35,709 nt of DNA from contig JASLFY010000382.1 of the NCBI GenBank assembly GCA_030150425.1, positions 1 through 35,709 of the forward strand, given 5' to 3'. Positions 1-8,774 of the stretch are shown here, one piece after another; position 1 is the stretch's first letter; every line of letters begins with the position of its first letter. Below the pieces are notes generated by a model that did not search any database, was not told where the DNA came from, and saw only the letters and a program-made list of their open reading frames with translations. Both the position numbers and the translations under genes were made by a program. This DNA is from Yimella sp. (lineage in GTDB: Bacteria > Actinomycetota > Actinomycetes > Actinomycetales > Dermatophilaceae).

Positions 1-731
1 GCTTCGTGCGAAGCGAAGAACTCGACCGTGCGCATCGCGTCGAAGTCGGCACCACACGCCGACATGAACTTCATCGCGCGGTCGATGTCGCGCGCGGTCG
101 ACTCGTAGCGTGCGTACGCGGAGTTGGCGATGAAACCGCGGTTCCACTCGTGGACGTGACGCAGGTCGGCGAAACCACCGGTGGAGAACGCGCGCACGAG
201 GTTCAGCGTGGCCGAACTCACGTGGTACGCCTGCAGCAGCCGCTCCGGGTTCGGGGTGCGGGCCTCCTGCGTGAACGCGAAGTCGTTCACCATGTCGCCG
301 CGGTACGCCGGCAGCGTCACGTCGCCGCGCGTCTCGGTGTCCTTCGAGCGGGGCTTGGCGTACTGGCCGGCGATCCGGCCGAGCTTGATCACCGGGGTGC
401 TCGCGCCGTACGTCAGCACGGCCGCCATCTGCAGGATCGTCTTGACCCGGTCGCGGATGTTGTCGGCGGTCGCCGCACTGAACATCTCGGCGCAGTCGCC
501 GCCCTGGAGCACGAACGCCTCACCGTTCGCGGCCGCCGCGAGGCGGGAGCGCAGGACGTCGCACTCACCGGCGAAGACCAGCGGCGGCAACGCCGCCAAC
601 CGGCCGCGTACGTCCTCGACCGCGGCCGGGTCGGGCCAGGTGGGTTGCTGCCGAGCCGGCAGATCGGGCCACGAGACGACGTCGGTGACGTCGGGCGAAA
701 CGGTCGTGGAGGTCAGATCGGTCGTACTCAC
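1..731 (-). CDS. aroG: Class II 3-deoxy-7-phosphoheptulonate (DAHP) synthase, 3' end beyond window edge
   Basis: Not in ORF track (runs off the edge). Manual translation from GTG at 731: MSTTDLTS...QQPTWPD...LPPLVFAGECDVLR...AFVLQGGDCAEMF, the typical class II N-terminus. TACGCT -10 lies 6 nt upstream. Confidence 0.93.
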   Translation of the reverse strand, partial: MSTTDLTSTTVSPDVTDVVSWPDLPARQQPTWPDPAAVEDVRGRLAALPPLVFAGECDVLRSRLAAAANGEAFVLQGGDCAEMFSAATADNIRDRVKTILQMAAVLTYGASTPVIKLGRIAGQYAKPRSKDTETRGDVTLPAYRGDMVNDFAFTQEARTPNPERLLQAYHVSSATLNLVRAFSTGGFADLRHVHEWNRGFIANSAYARYESTARDIDRAMKFMSACGADFDAMRTVEFFASHE

Positions 732-787
732 CCGGCCAGCGTACGGCCCCGCAGGAACGGGCCCGCGACCTGCCCGGCTGGCGGACC

Positions 788-1645
788 TCAGTCTGCGGTG
801 GGTGCTTCCTCGGCCGCCGGCGCGTCCGCCTCGTCGGCAACGGTGTCGGCCGCAGCGGGCTCGGTGGCCTCGGTGGTGTCGTCGCCCGAGCGACGGACCT
901 TGTTGCCGATGGCGTGGGCCGCGCCGCTGGCGCCGGCGACCGCCGCACCGCCGATCTCCTTCGCCTTGGCCGCGATGCGGTCCTTGACGGTGGAGGCATA
1001 GACGTCGACGTACTCCTGCCCGGACAGCAGCATGAGTTCGTACATGATCTCGTCGGTGATGCTGCGCAGCACGAACCGGTCGTCCTGCATCCCGTCATAG
1101 CGGGAGAAGTCCAGCGGCTTACCGACCCGGATGCCGATCCGCATGATCTTCGGGATCGCCTGACCGGTCGGCTGGGCCTTGTCGGTGTCGATCATCGCCA
1201 CCGGGATGACCGGCACCTTCGCCTCGAGCGCGAGCCGCGCCACGCCGGTCTTGCCCTTGTAGAGGCGACCGTCGGGCGAACGGGTGCCCTCGGGGTAGAT
1301 GCCGAACAGCTCACCCTTGCGCAGCACGCTCAGCCCGGACTCCAGCGCCCCGTTGGAGGCGCTGCCGCCGGAACGGTCGATCGGGATCTGACCCACGCCG
1401 CGGAAGAACGCGGCGGTCAGCCACCCCTTGATGCCGGTGCCGGTGAAGTAGTCGGCCTTCGCCACGAACGTCATCCGGCGCGGCACGACCAGCGGCAGGA
1501 AGAACGAGTCGGAGAACGAGAGGTGGTTGCTGGCGAAGATCGCCGCACCTTCCTCCGGGATGTTCTTCTCCCCGTCGACCCAGGGGCGGAAAAGGAGCAT
1601 CAGCACCGGGCCGATGAGCACCTTCTTCAAGAACCAGTAGAGCAC
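788..1645 (-). CDS. plsC: Lysophospholipid / 1-acyl-sn-glycerol-3-phosphate acyltransferase
   Basis: NHLSFSD (HxxxxD) and IYPEGTRSPDGRL motifs. GTG start at 1645 has GGAGG RBS. Confidence 0.9.
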   Translation of the reverse strand: MLYWFLKKVLIGPVLMLLFRPWVDGEKNIPEEGAAIFASNHLSFSDSFFLPLVVPRRMTFVAKADYFTGTGIKGWLTAAFFRGVGQIPIDRSGGSASNGALESGLSVLRKGELFGIYPEGTRSPDGRLYKGKTGVARLALEAKVPVIPVAMIDTDKAQPTGQAIPKIMRIGIRVGKPLDFSRYDGMQDDRFVLRSITDEIMYELMLLSGQEYVDVYASTVKDRIAAKAKEIGGAAVAGASGAAHAIGNKVRRSGDDTTEATEPAAADTVADEADAPAAEEAPTAD

Positions 1646-1723
1646 TACGCCTCCAAGTCGTTTCCTGCGCTGAACAATAACGCCCGTGCCGACACGGGGC
1701 GTGGCATAGGTGAAGATGGAGTC

Positions 1724-2467
1724 ATGCAGATCCGCGACGGAGCGACCCCGTTCGCCCACGACGGTGGGCCCACCGGGGTACTGGTCGTCCACGGGTTCAC
1801 CGGCTCCCCCGCGTCCGTACGCCCGTTGGCCGAGCGTCTCGCCGCGGCCGGACACACCGTCCGCGCCCCACGACTGCCCGGCCACGGCACCCACTGGACC
1901 GACCTGGAGCGCACCCGCTGGCAGGACTGGTACGCCGAGGTCGAGACGGCGTACGAGGAACTGGCCGAGCGCACCGACCGCGTCGTCGTCGCCGGTCTGT
2001 CGATGGGTGGCGCGTTGGTCTCACTGCTCGCCGAGCGGCGCCCCGAGGTCGCGGGTCTCGTCGTGATCAACCCGGTGTTCCGGATGCGTACGGCCGCCCT
2101 CGCGGCCCTGCCGATCGCCCGACGGGTCCGCCGGTCGGTGCCCGGTCTGCCGTTCGACGTGAAGAAGCCGGGCGTGACGCCGGTGGCCGACGACCGGATC
2201 CCGCTGAAGGCGCTGCACTCGCAGGTGCAGATGTGGCACCACGTCACCCGCGACCTGCCGCAGATCACCCAGCCCGCCCTGCTGGTCCGGTCCAGCGTCG
2301 ACCACGTCGTGCCGGCGAGCTGCGCCGAACTGTTCGCCAGCCGGATCTCCAGCAGCGACCTGACCGAGGTCGTGCTGGAGAACAGCTACCACGTCGCGAC
2401 GCTCGACCACGACGCGCCGCTACTCGAACAGCAGACCCTCGACTTCGTGGAGCGGGTGACCCGATGA
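1724..2467 (+). CDS. Alpha/beta hydrolase (carboxylesterase / monoacylglycerol lipase-like)
   Basis: HGFTGS, GLSMGG nucleophile elbow, DHVV and SYH triad motifs. Start trimmed to MQIRDG. Confidence 0.9.
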   Translation: MQIRDGATPFAHDGGPTGVLVVHGFTGSPASVRPLAERLAAAGHTVRAPRLPGHGTHWTDLERTRWQDWYAEVETAYEELAERTDRVVVAGLSMGGALVSLLAERRPEVAGLVVINPVFRMRTAALAALPIARRVRRSVPGLPFDVKKPGVTPVADDRIPLKALHSQVQMWHHVTRDLPQITQPALLVRSSVDHVVPASCAELFASRISSSDLTEVVLENSYHVATLDHDAPLLEQQTLDFVERVTR

Positions 2468-2907
2468 CCGACGAGCCGCGTGACACCGACAGCGCCGACG
2501 AGCAGTCGGAGTTCGACCGACGGTTCGAGGAGATCACCAGCGACTGGCGCGCCGAGGAGGCCGAGCGCCAGAGCAGCGCGACGCCGGCCGAGCCGCAGGT
2601 TCCGCCGCAGATCCCGGCGCAGTGGCGGGCCACCGGTCAGTCCAGCTTCCTGGAGGACCACGACCCCGGCTTCACGCCGCCGACGCCCGCGCCGCTGCCC
2701 ACCGACGAGATGTTCTGGGTGACCATCGGCTGCCTGGTCGCCGGACCGCTGTGGCTGCTCTACCTGTTCTTCTTCGACCGGTACACATCCGGTTTCTGGT
2801 GGACGCTGGCAGCGTTGGTCTTCTTCGCCGGTGTCCTCCTGCTCGTCTTCCGCCAACCGGCGAACCGCGACGATCAGGATCCCGACGACGACGGCGCCCG
2901 GTTGTAG
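2464..2907 (+). CDS. Hypothetical membrane protein (two C-terminal TM helices)
   Basis: ATGA overlap with esterase stop. Acidic N-terminus, PPTPAPLP linker, two hydrophobic segments, ends DDGARL. Confidence 0.8.
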   Translation: MTDEPRDTDSADEQSEFDRRFEEITSDWRAEEAERQSSATPAEPQVPPQIPAQWRATGQSSFLEDHDPGFTPPTPAPLPTDEMFWVTIGCLVAGPLWLLYLFFFDRYTSGFWWTLAALVFFAGVLLLVFRQPANRDDQDPDDDGARL

Positions 2908-3596
2908 CGCAGCGAGCTCACGTCCAGGTCGACCGTGACCGGCAGGTGGTCCGTCGCCCGGGCGAGCATCGAAGCGTCCAGGTCGATCTCCGGCGTGGTG
3001 GCCGGGAGGGTCGCCGAGGCGAAGATGCCGTCGATCCGCTTCACCGGTCCGGTGGAGGGGAACGTGAAGGCGTCGTGACTGACCTCGTGCAAGGTCTGAC
3101 CGAACATCTTCCACACGTCGTGGCCCGGGGTCTCGTTCAGGTCGCCACCGATGACGGCCGGGGTCACGGCCGGCTCCAGCGCGGACATGAAGTGGGTGCA
3201 GCCGGCGACCCGGTCAGCCTGCCGCAACGACATGTGCAGGCTCGCGGCGTGCACCGGGCCGTGGCCCGGCAGGCTCACCGTCGCCAGGCAGTAGCCGCGC
3301 GGCTCGTCGCCCTTGCGCACCGGCATGTTGCGGTGCACGCAGTCGTGCACGTTCAGCCGCAACGACGTCAACAGGGTGGTGCTCATCCAGCCACGCCGCC
3401 CGTCGCTCCAGGTCATCCCGACCCGTGCCGCGAACGAGGCGATGCGGTGGCCCGACAGCGGGTGCCGCGGCGCCTCCTGCAGCAGCAGGACGTCCGGGGC
3501 GATGGTGCGTACGACCTGCTCCAGGGCGTCGTTGTCGTCCTTGAACGCGCGAACGTTGTACGACGTGACGCGGATGATGCTGCTGCGATCGGTCAT
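2874..3596 (-). CDS. Endonuclease/exonuclease/phosphatase (EEP) family protein
   Basis: SYNV, LLQE, GGDLNE, RIDGIF and TDHLPV motifs. Overlap-coupled to the upstream ROK gene. Confidence 0.9.
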   Translation of the reverse strand: MTDRSSIIRVTSYNVRAFKDDNDALEQVVRTIAPDVLLLQEAPRHPLSGHRIASFAARVGMTWSDGRRGWMSTTLLTSLRLNVHDCVHRNMPVRKGDEPRGYCLATVSLPGHGPVHAASLHMSLRQADRVAGCTHFMSALEPAVTPAVIGGDLNETPGHDVWKMFGQTLHEVSHDAFTFPSTGPVKRIDGIFASATLPATTPEIDLDASMLARATDHLPVTVDLDVSSLRYNRAPSSSGS

Positions 3597-4576
3597 GAAC
3601 CGAGAACCTCCGTACGAGCCAGGTCGGCGGCGCCGACCAGGCCCGCCTCGTTGCCGAGTTCCGCGCCGACGATGCGCGCTTCAGGTCGATAGCCGCGCCC
3701 CGAGAGGTGGCGGCGGAAAGCGCTGCGCGCCGGGTCGAGCAACATCGGGCCGGCCGCGCTGACGCCGCCGCCGATGACGAACGCTCCGGGGTCGAACGCG
3801 TTGGCCAGGTTGGCGAGGCCGACACCGAGCCAGTTGCCGATCTCCGCCAGCAACTCGGCGGCGATCGGGTCGCCGCTCTGCGCCGCCTCGGTGACCATCG
3901 GGCCGGTCAGTCGGGACGGGTCGCCGTCGACGTGTGCGGCGAGGTCCGCGGCGATCGGCGAGTTCGCGGCGATCATCGTGCGCGCCTCGCGGACCAACGC
4001 GTTGCCGCTGGCGTACTGCTCCCAGCAGCCACGGTTACCGCACTCGCAGCGGTGGCCGTCCGGCACGACCTGCATGTGGCCGAACTCGCCTGCGATGCCG
4101 AACCGGCCGCGCTGCATCTCACCGTTGAGCAGGACCGCTCCCCCGATGCCGGTGCCGAGGTTGACCATCACCAGGTGGGTCTCGCCGCGGACCGCACCGA
4201 AGCGCCACTCCGCCCAGCAGGACGCGTTGGCGTCGTTGTCGACGAAGACCGGGATGTCGATGCGGCGACGCAGCGCCTCACGCAGCGGTTCGTGCCGCCA
4301 GGAGAGGTGTGGGGCGAAGACGACGGTCGCCCGGTCGGACGAGACGAACCCGGCCGCGCCGATGCCGATCGCCACCGGCTCCGACTCGGCCTTGCCGAGG
4401 AGTTCCTGGACGGTGTCGACGATGACGTCCTCGACGACGTGCGGCGCGGTCGAGCGGTGCGGGGTGTCGCGCCGCGCACGGTGCAGCACCTTCCCCTCCG
4501 CGTCGACCAGACCACCGGCCACCTTGGTGCCGCCGATGTCGATCCCGATCGCGAGCTGTCCCGCCGCCCCGCTCAT
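3593..4576 (-). CDS. ROK family glucokinase (paralog 2)
   Basis: GIDIGGTK, DNDANA, GTGIGG, GEFGH, CECGNRGCWEQY motifs. Confidence 0.92.
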   Translation of the reverse strand: MSGAAGQLAIGIDIGGTKVAGGLVDAEGKVLHRARRDTPHRSTAPHVVEDVIVDTVQELLGKAESEPVAIGIGAAGFVSSDRATVVFAPHLSWRHEPLREALRRRIDIPVFVDNDANASCWAEWRFGAVRGETHLVMVNLGTGIGGAVLLNGEMQRGRFGIAGEFGHMQVVPDGHRCECGNRGCWEQYASGNALVREARTMIAANSPIAADLAAHVDGDPSRLTGPMVTEAAQSGDPIAAELLAEIGNWLGVGLANLANAFDPGAFVIGGGVSAAGPMLLDPARSAFRRHLSGRGYRPEARIVGAELGNEAGLVGAADLARTEVLGS

Positions 4577-5523
4577 GACGCACGCTCCACGGCAAGCGCC
4601 GCGGCGCCGACCATGCCGGCGTCGTTGCCGAGGGTGGCGATCGCGAAGGTCGCCATCGGATGATGGCCGCGGCCCGGCAGTTGGCGAGCAAACGCGGCCC
4701 GGATGGGTTCGAGCAGCAGGTCGCCGGCCGCGGCGACGCCGCCACCGATGACGAACCGCGCCGGGTCGAGCACCGCCGCGAGCGACGCCGCACCCTCACC
4801 GATCCACCGGCCGAGGTCGGAGAGCAGCTCGATCGCAGCCGGGTCGCCCTGCTGGGCGGCCTCGGTCACGTCGCTGCCCTGGAGCTTCTTCGGCTTGCCG
4901 TCGCAGCGCGCCGCCAGACCGGCGGCGTACGGCGACCCGCTGGCCACGACCGCACGCGCTTCTCGCACCAGGGCGCTGCCGCTGGCGTAGCTCTCCCAGC
5001 AGCCGCGGTTGCCGCAGCCGCATCGGATCCCGTCGGGGACGACGCGCAGGTGGCCGATCTCGGCCGCGACGCCGTACGTCCCCCGGAACAGTTCGCCGCC
5101 CAGGATGATGCCGCCGCCGACACCGGTGCCGATCGTCACCATCACCATGTCGTCGACGTCGTGACCGGCGCCGTGGCGGAACTCGCCGTACGCGGCCGCA
5201 TTGGCGTCGTTCTCGATGATCACCGGCGCGTCCACGACCTGCTGGATGCGGCTCTTGAGCGGCTCGTCCCGCCAGGCGAGGTTGGGCGCGAACAGGACCG
5301 TGGTGCCGGCGCTGTCGACGTAGCCCGCACTGGCGACACCGATAGCCGGGATCGGCCCACCGTCAGTCAGTTCCTTCACGAGGTCCGCGACGCCCGCGAC
5401 GATCTCGTCCGGCTCCTGCGCGGGGGTGTCGCGCCGGGCGCGGCGCAGAATCGTTCCGTCTGCGTCGACCAGGCCACCGGCGATCTTGGTGCCGCCGATG
5501 TCGATCCCGATGCTCGCGGTCAC
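4573..5523 (-). CDS. glk: ROK family glucokinase (paralog 1, GlkA-like)
   Basis: GIDIGGTK, ENDANAAA, GTGVGGG, AEIGH, CGCGNRGCWESY motifs. Confidence 0.9.
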   Translation of the reverse strand: MTASIGIDIGGTKIAGGLVDADGTILRRARRDTPAQEPDEIVAGVADLVKELTDGGPIPAIGVASAGYVDSAGTTVLFAPNLAWRDEPLKSRIQQVVDAPVIIENDANAAAYGEFRHGAGHDVDDMVMVTIGTGVGGGIILGGELFRGTYGVAAEIGHLRVVPDGIRCGCGNRGCWESYASGSALVREARAVVASGSPYAAGLAARCDGKPKKLQGSDVTEAAQQGDPAAIELLSDLGRWIGEGAASLAAVLDPARFVIGGGVAAAGDLLLEPIRAAFARQLPGRGHHPMATFAIATLGNDAGMVGAAALAVERAS

Positions 5524-5993
5524 GGCCGTTGTTCTCCTTCGTCTTCGTCGTCGGCGCCGAAAGCGCTGTCGTCCTTGGGCACGTGCTGTCGTTCCGGTCC
5601 CCGATCGTGCCCGGTCGGTTCGGCCGCGGCATCGGCGGAGGTGCGCGCGGCGCGTCGGTCCTCGGCCACCGCCTTGAGCGACCCGGCCACCATCGCGACC
5701 AGGTCGGCGAGGTGGTCGACGAGTTCCGGGCTGAGCGATTCCACCACGGCACCGACCCGGCAGACCGGGCAGACGCGACAGATCCGCGGGGCCGGGTTGC
5801 AGGAGCAGCCGGCGCCGTCGGTCGTCCTGGGTTGCTCCGTCTGGGTTGCCGATTCCGGTTCGGCCGCGTGGGTCTGTCGCTCACCGGTGGTCTGGCCCGC
5901 GGCCCAGGCGCCGAGCGATTCCATCAGTCGTCGGGCTTCCTCCTCGACCGACGTACCGGCGGTGGAGCGGTGGGAGTCCTGCGGGTCGGTCAC
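5520..5993 (-). CDS. Hypothetical protein with CxxCPxC motif (DUF5304-like)
   Basis: ICRVCPVCR...SPELVDHL. 4-bp overlaps with both neighbours. Confidence 0.75.
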   Translation of the reverse strand: MTDPQDSHRSTAGTSVEEEARRLMESLGAWAAGQTTGERQTHAAEPESATQTEQPRTTDGAGCSCNPAPRICRVCPVCRVGAVVESLSPELVDHLADLVAMVAGSLKAVAEDRRAARTSADAAAEPTGHDRGPERQHVPKDDSAFGADDEDEGEQRP

Positions 5994-6985
5994 GATCGAG
6001 CTTCCTGGTCCGGGATGAAGGCGACCTCAAGCATGCCGTGTCGCACCCGGGTTCCGTGCGCGCCGTAGCGCGACAGCAGCGACGGCAGGTCGTAGAGCCC
6101 ACGCGCGGTACCGGCCGAAACCACCAGCGCGTCGCCCACCCGGTCCACCTCCACGTCGTCAATCGTGTTGAACGGTAACGGAACTCGCCACACGACGAGG
6201 TCGTCCTTGGGCCCACCGACGAGCTCCGGCTCGCGCGCCGGGTCGGCGAACGCGGACGGGTCGAGGTCCGCGCCGAGGACCGGAACGCCGTACGCGCCCA
6301 GTTCCGCGCGCAGCGAGTCCCCGACGTCAGCGCCCGGCGCCGGATGCACCGCGGCGAGCCGGCCGCCACCCAGCACCACGGCCCGCGCCATCGCCCGGGT
6401 CCGGTCGTCGGCCCGCGGATGGGACCCGTGTACGACGACCGTCGCCGCCGAACGCACGATCGCCGCGACGGAGTCGGAACGCGTGGCCAAGGCCCGTACG
6501 GCGTCGACCGACCGCGACGCGCTACCCAGGGCCAGCGCCTGGAGCGGGCGTGCGCTGCGGGCCCATCCCGGGCCGAACCCCTGGGCCCGCGCGGTCGCGT
6601 CACGCAGGGGTCGTACGGCGCTGTGCAGGGTGCGCAGTCCGCTGCCGACGTCGATCACGACGTGGTCGAAGGACTCACCGGCGACCTGCTCGGGCAGATC
6701 CCACAGCGCGCCGACGACTCCCCCGACGGTGAGTTCCTGGACGGCGGGCAGCACGAGGTCCGCGACCTGGCCGCGGACCAGCGACGCCAGTTCGTCGCGG
6801 GCGAGGTCGACCGCTGCCGGCAGGATCTCGACGGCATCGGTCACCAACGTCGTCGCGCCGAACTCGGGATCCGCGGCGCGTACGGCGACGGTCGATCCGG
6901 CGGACGCCAGGGAATCGGCGAGCGCCGCCGCGGCGGTGGAACTACCGGCTCCCCCGGGTCCGCCGACGAGGACGACCTGGGTCAT
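5990..6985 (-). CDS. ArsA/Get3-like P-loop protein with degenerate Walker A and C-terminal HSP20-like domain
   Basis: GGPGGAGSSTAAAALA, ADP, FDHVVID. C-terminal WRVPLP...RVGDALVV...LPSLL...LEVAF. Confidence 0.75.
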   Translation of the reverse strand: MTQVVLVGGPGGAGSSTAAAALADSLASAGSTVAVRAADPEFGATTLVTDAVEILPAAVDLARDELASLVRGQVADLVLPAVQELTVGGVVGALWDLPEQVAGESFDHVVIDVGSGLRTLHSAVRPLRDATARAQGFGPGWARSARPLQALALGSASRSVDAVRALATRSDSVAAIVRSAATVVVHGSHPRADDRTRAMARAVVLGGGRLAAVHPAPGADVGDSLRAELGAYGVPVLGADLDPSAFADPAREPELVGGPKDDLVVWRVPLPFNTIDDVEVDRVGDALVVSAGTARGLYDLPSLLSRYGAHGTRVRHGMLEVAFIPDQEARS

Positions 6986-6992
6986 CGGAGCG

Positions 6993-7439
6993 TCATCCCT
7001 CGGCGCGGGCCTTCAGTCCCTGCAGCGCAGTGTCGATGATCGTCCGCTCGGCCTTGCGACGCAGCGGGCCGATGAGCGGCAGCTTCACGTCGACCCGCAG
7101 CGTGTAGGTGACCTCGGTGCTGTCGTCACCCTCGGCGGTCAACCGGTAGACGCCGTCCAGCGCCTTGAGCAGGTCGGAACGCACCAGCTTCCACCGCACC
7201 TCACCGGTGCCGTCCTCCTCGACGTCCCAGTCGTAGGCGAGCACGTAGGTGTCCCGGATCGGGGCCGCGTCGAGGACGAATTCGACCTCCTCGGCCCAAC
7301 CGAGCTCGTCCTCGGACAGGATCGTCGCGCGCTTCACCTGTTCGGCCCACTCCGGGTAGGCCTCGAAGTCGGCGATGATGTCGAGAACGGTCGCGGGGTC
7401 AGCGGCAATCGTCACGGAAGCTGTGGTGCTGTCGGCCAT
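6993..7439 (-). CDS. SRPBCC/START (cyclase/dehydrase) family ligand-binding protein
   Basis: MADSTTASVTI...IADFEAYPEWA...AERTIIDTALQGLKARAE. TAGGGT -10 lies 7 nt before ATG 7439. Confidence 0.88.
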   Translation of the reverse strand: MADSTTASVTIAADPATVLDIIADFEAYPEWAEQVKRATILSEDELGWAEEVEFVLDAAPIRDTYVLAYDWDVEEDGTGEVRWKLVRSDLLKALDGVYRLTAEGDDSTEVTYTLRVDVKLPLIGPLRRKAERTIIDTALQGLKARAEG

Positions 7440-7483
7440 GACCGTCACCCTAATGGCCGCTGCTGGTCCGCATGGCCGCTCCT

Positions 7484-8386
7484 CTACAAGGTCGTGTCCA
7501 GCCAGTTGCGGAACGACGACCGCAACGCTCCGGGGGCGCCGTACGCCGCGGCGAAGCGGTCCGACGCCGAGCCGCCGCCGTCGAGGGCGGAGATCACGGT
7601 CGCGACCCACCGCGCCCGCCCGTGGCGGGACACCAGGAAGGCGCACCACGCGAGGGCGTCCTGGTAGGCCGCGCGCAGGTCGGCCTCATCGGTCGTGGTG
7701 GCGAACGCGCCGTCGTCGGGCGGGCCCTGCGGTGGCCGACCGGCAGCCACCCGGTCGCGCAACGACGGGGCGTACCGAGCCAGCGGGAGCCCGGAGGTCA
7801 GCCACGCGGTGTACTCGGCCGGTCCTTCCAGCATCCAGCGCGGGACGTCGTCGGGAGTCCCGAGGCGTACGTGGGTCAGTTCGTGGGCGAGAACGGCGTC
7901 GACGCCGCTCGAGGTCAGTTCGTCGAGGGCCGGCTGGCTGATCAGCACGACACCGTCGGATCGCGTGGTCGCGGCGACCTGGTCGGAGGAGTCACCGCCG
8001 AGTTCGGTGAACCTCGCGTGAGTGCGTACGGCGATGACCTTCGCCCGCTGCCCCTCGCCCCAACGACCTCCCGCACCCCACACCTGACGTACGCGGGCGG
8101 CGGCGCGCTGCGCGGAGTCGGCGACGGCGGTGAGGCGGGCAGGCTCCAGGTCGCCCGACACCTCGACGGCAGGCCGCAGGATCGTGCGCAGTTCGGCGGG
8201 GCTGCCGCTGTCGGAGGCACCGGTGGACGCACCCGCGGATCCGCCGGCCGATGAACCCGAGGCGTCGACGCGGTGGTCTTGTCCGGCACACCCCGCGACC
8301 AGTGGCACACCGAGCAGCACGGTCACGCCTCCGCCGATCAGTCGGCGCAACGCGGCCCGACGGGCGAGCTCGGTCGGTGGGGTCAC
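7484..8386 (-). CDS. Putative exported lipoprotein with HExxH zinc-metallopeptidase motif
   Basis: N-terminal ARRAALRR, hydrophobic stretch and LVAGC lipobox. AHELTHV...PRWMLEGPAEY gluzincin-type motif. Start refined to GTG 8386. Confidence 0.75.
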   Translation of the reverse strand: MTPPTELARRAALRRLIGGGVTVLLGVPLVAGCAGQDHRVDASGSSAGGSAGASTGASDSGSPAELRTILRPAVEVSGDLEPARLTAVADSAQRAAARVRQVWGAGGRWGEGQRAKVIAVRTHARFTELGGDSSDQVAATTRSDGVVLISQPALDELTSSGVDAVLAHELTHVRLGTPDDVPRWMLEGPAEYTAWLTSGLPLARYAPSLRDRVAAGRPPQGPPDDGAFATTTDEADLRAAYQDALAWCAFLVSRHGRARWVATVISALDGGGSASDRFAAAYGAPGALRSSFRNWLDTTL

Positions 8387-8411
8387 CCCACCATTGTGCG
8401 GGCGACGTCGC

Positions 8412-8642
8412 TCAGCCGACCGACCGCAGTCCGGGGTCCACCTCCACCTCGGCGTCGAGCACCGCGCTCGGGTGGATGAGGCCGTGGGCGGCGAAGATCT
8501 CCAACGCTGCACGCTCGGCCGGCTGCAGCCGGTCCGGCGGCGGCCCCGCGTCACGGATCGGGCCGAGATGGACGACCATGCAGTCGCCGCACCGCGCGCC
8601 GCGCACCGGGCAGGTGTCGCAGTCGATGAGCAGGTTGAGCAT
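8412..8642 (-). CDS. Small Cys-rich hypothetical protein (DCDTC...CGDC), 76 aa
   Basis: GAAGGAGG RBS before ATG 8642. Two CxxC pairs plus ERAALEIFAAHGLI helix. Confidence 0.8.
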   Translation of the reverse strand: MLNLLIDCDTCPVRGARCGDCMVVHLGPIRDAGPPPDRLQPAERAALEIFAAHGLIHPSAVLDAEVEVDPGLRSVG

Positions 8643-8681
8643 GTTGCCTCCTTCGAGGATGAGTCCTGCTGACACCTCGAG

Positions 8682-8704
8682 ACGCTAGGCGCGACCACCG
8701 ACAA
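8682..8704 (-). promoter_or_regulatory. RecA-NDp (PafBC-type) DNA-damage promoter for the Cys-rich gene
   Basis: Minus strand reads TTGTCGGTG-GTCGCGCC-TAGCGT, matching TTGTCRGTG-N8-TAnnnT. Confidence 0.82.
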
Positions 8705-8744
8705 CCTCCGTCCGTCACCGCCCCGCGGGTGCTCCTCCCGAAGG

Positions 8745-8767
8745 TTGTCGGTGGTGGCCCGTACGGT
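8745..8767 (+). promoter_or_regulatory. RecA-NDp (PafBC-type) DNA-damage promoter for the DEDD/UvrC-like gene
   Basis: TTGTCGGTG-GTGGCCCG-TACGGT, followed 7 nt later by ATG 8775. Confidence 0.87.
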
Positions 8768-8774
8768 GCCGAAC

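Noticed and set aside
6..1001. Long plus-strand ORFs (6..1001, 181..987) and the many other long antisense or alternate-frame ORFs
   Set aside because: Shadow ORFs of high-GC genes. The real gene here is the minus-strand DAHP synthase, and the shadows are Arg/Pro-rich with no motifs.
8694..8755. 14-bp inverted repeat as MITE/IS ends or a terminator
   Set aside because: Fully explained by two divergent RecA-NDp motifs. No target-site duplication, transposase or U-tract.
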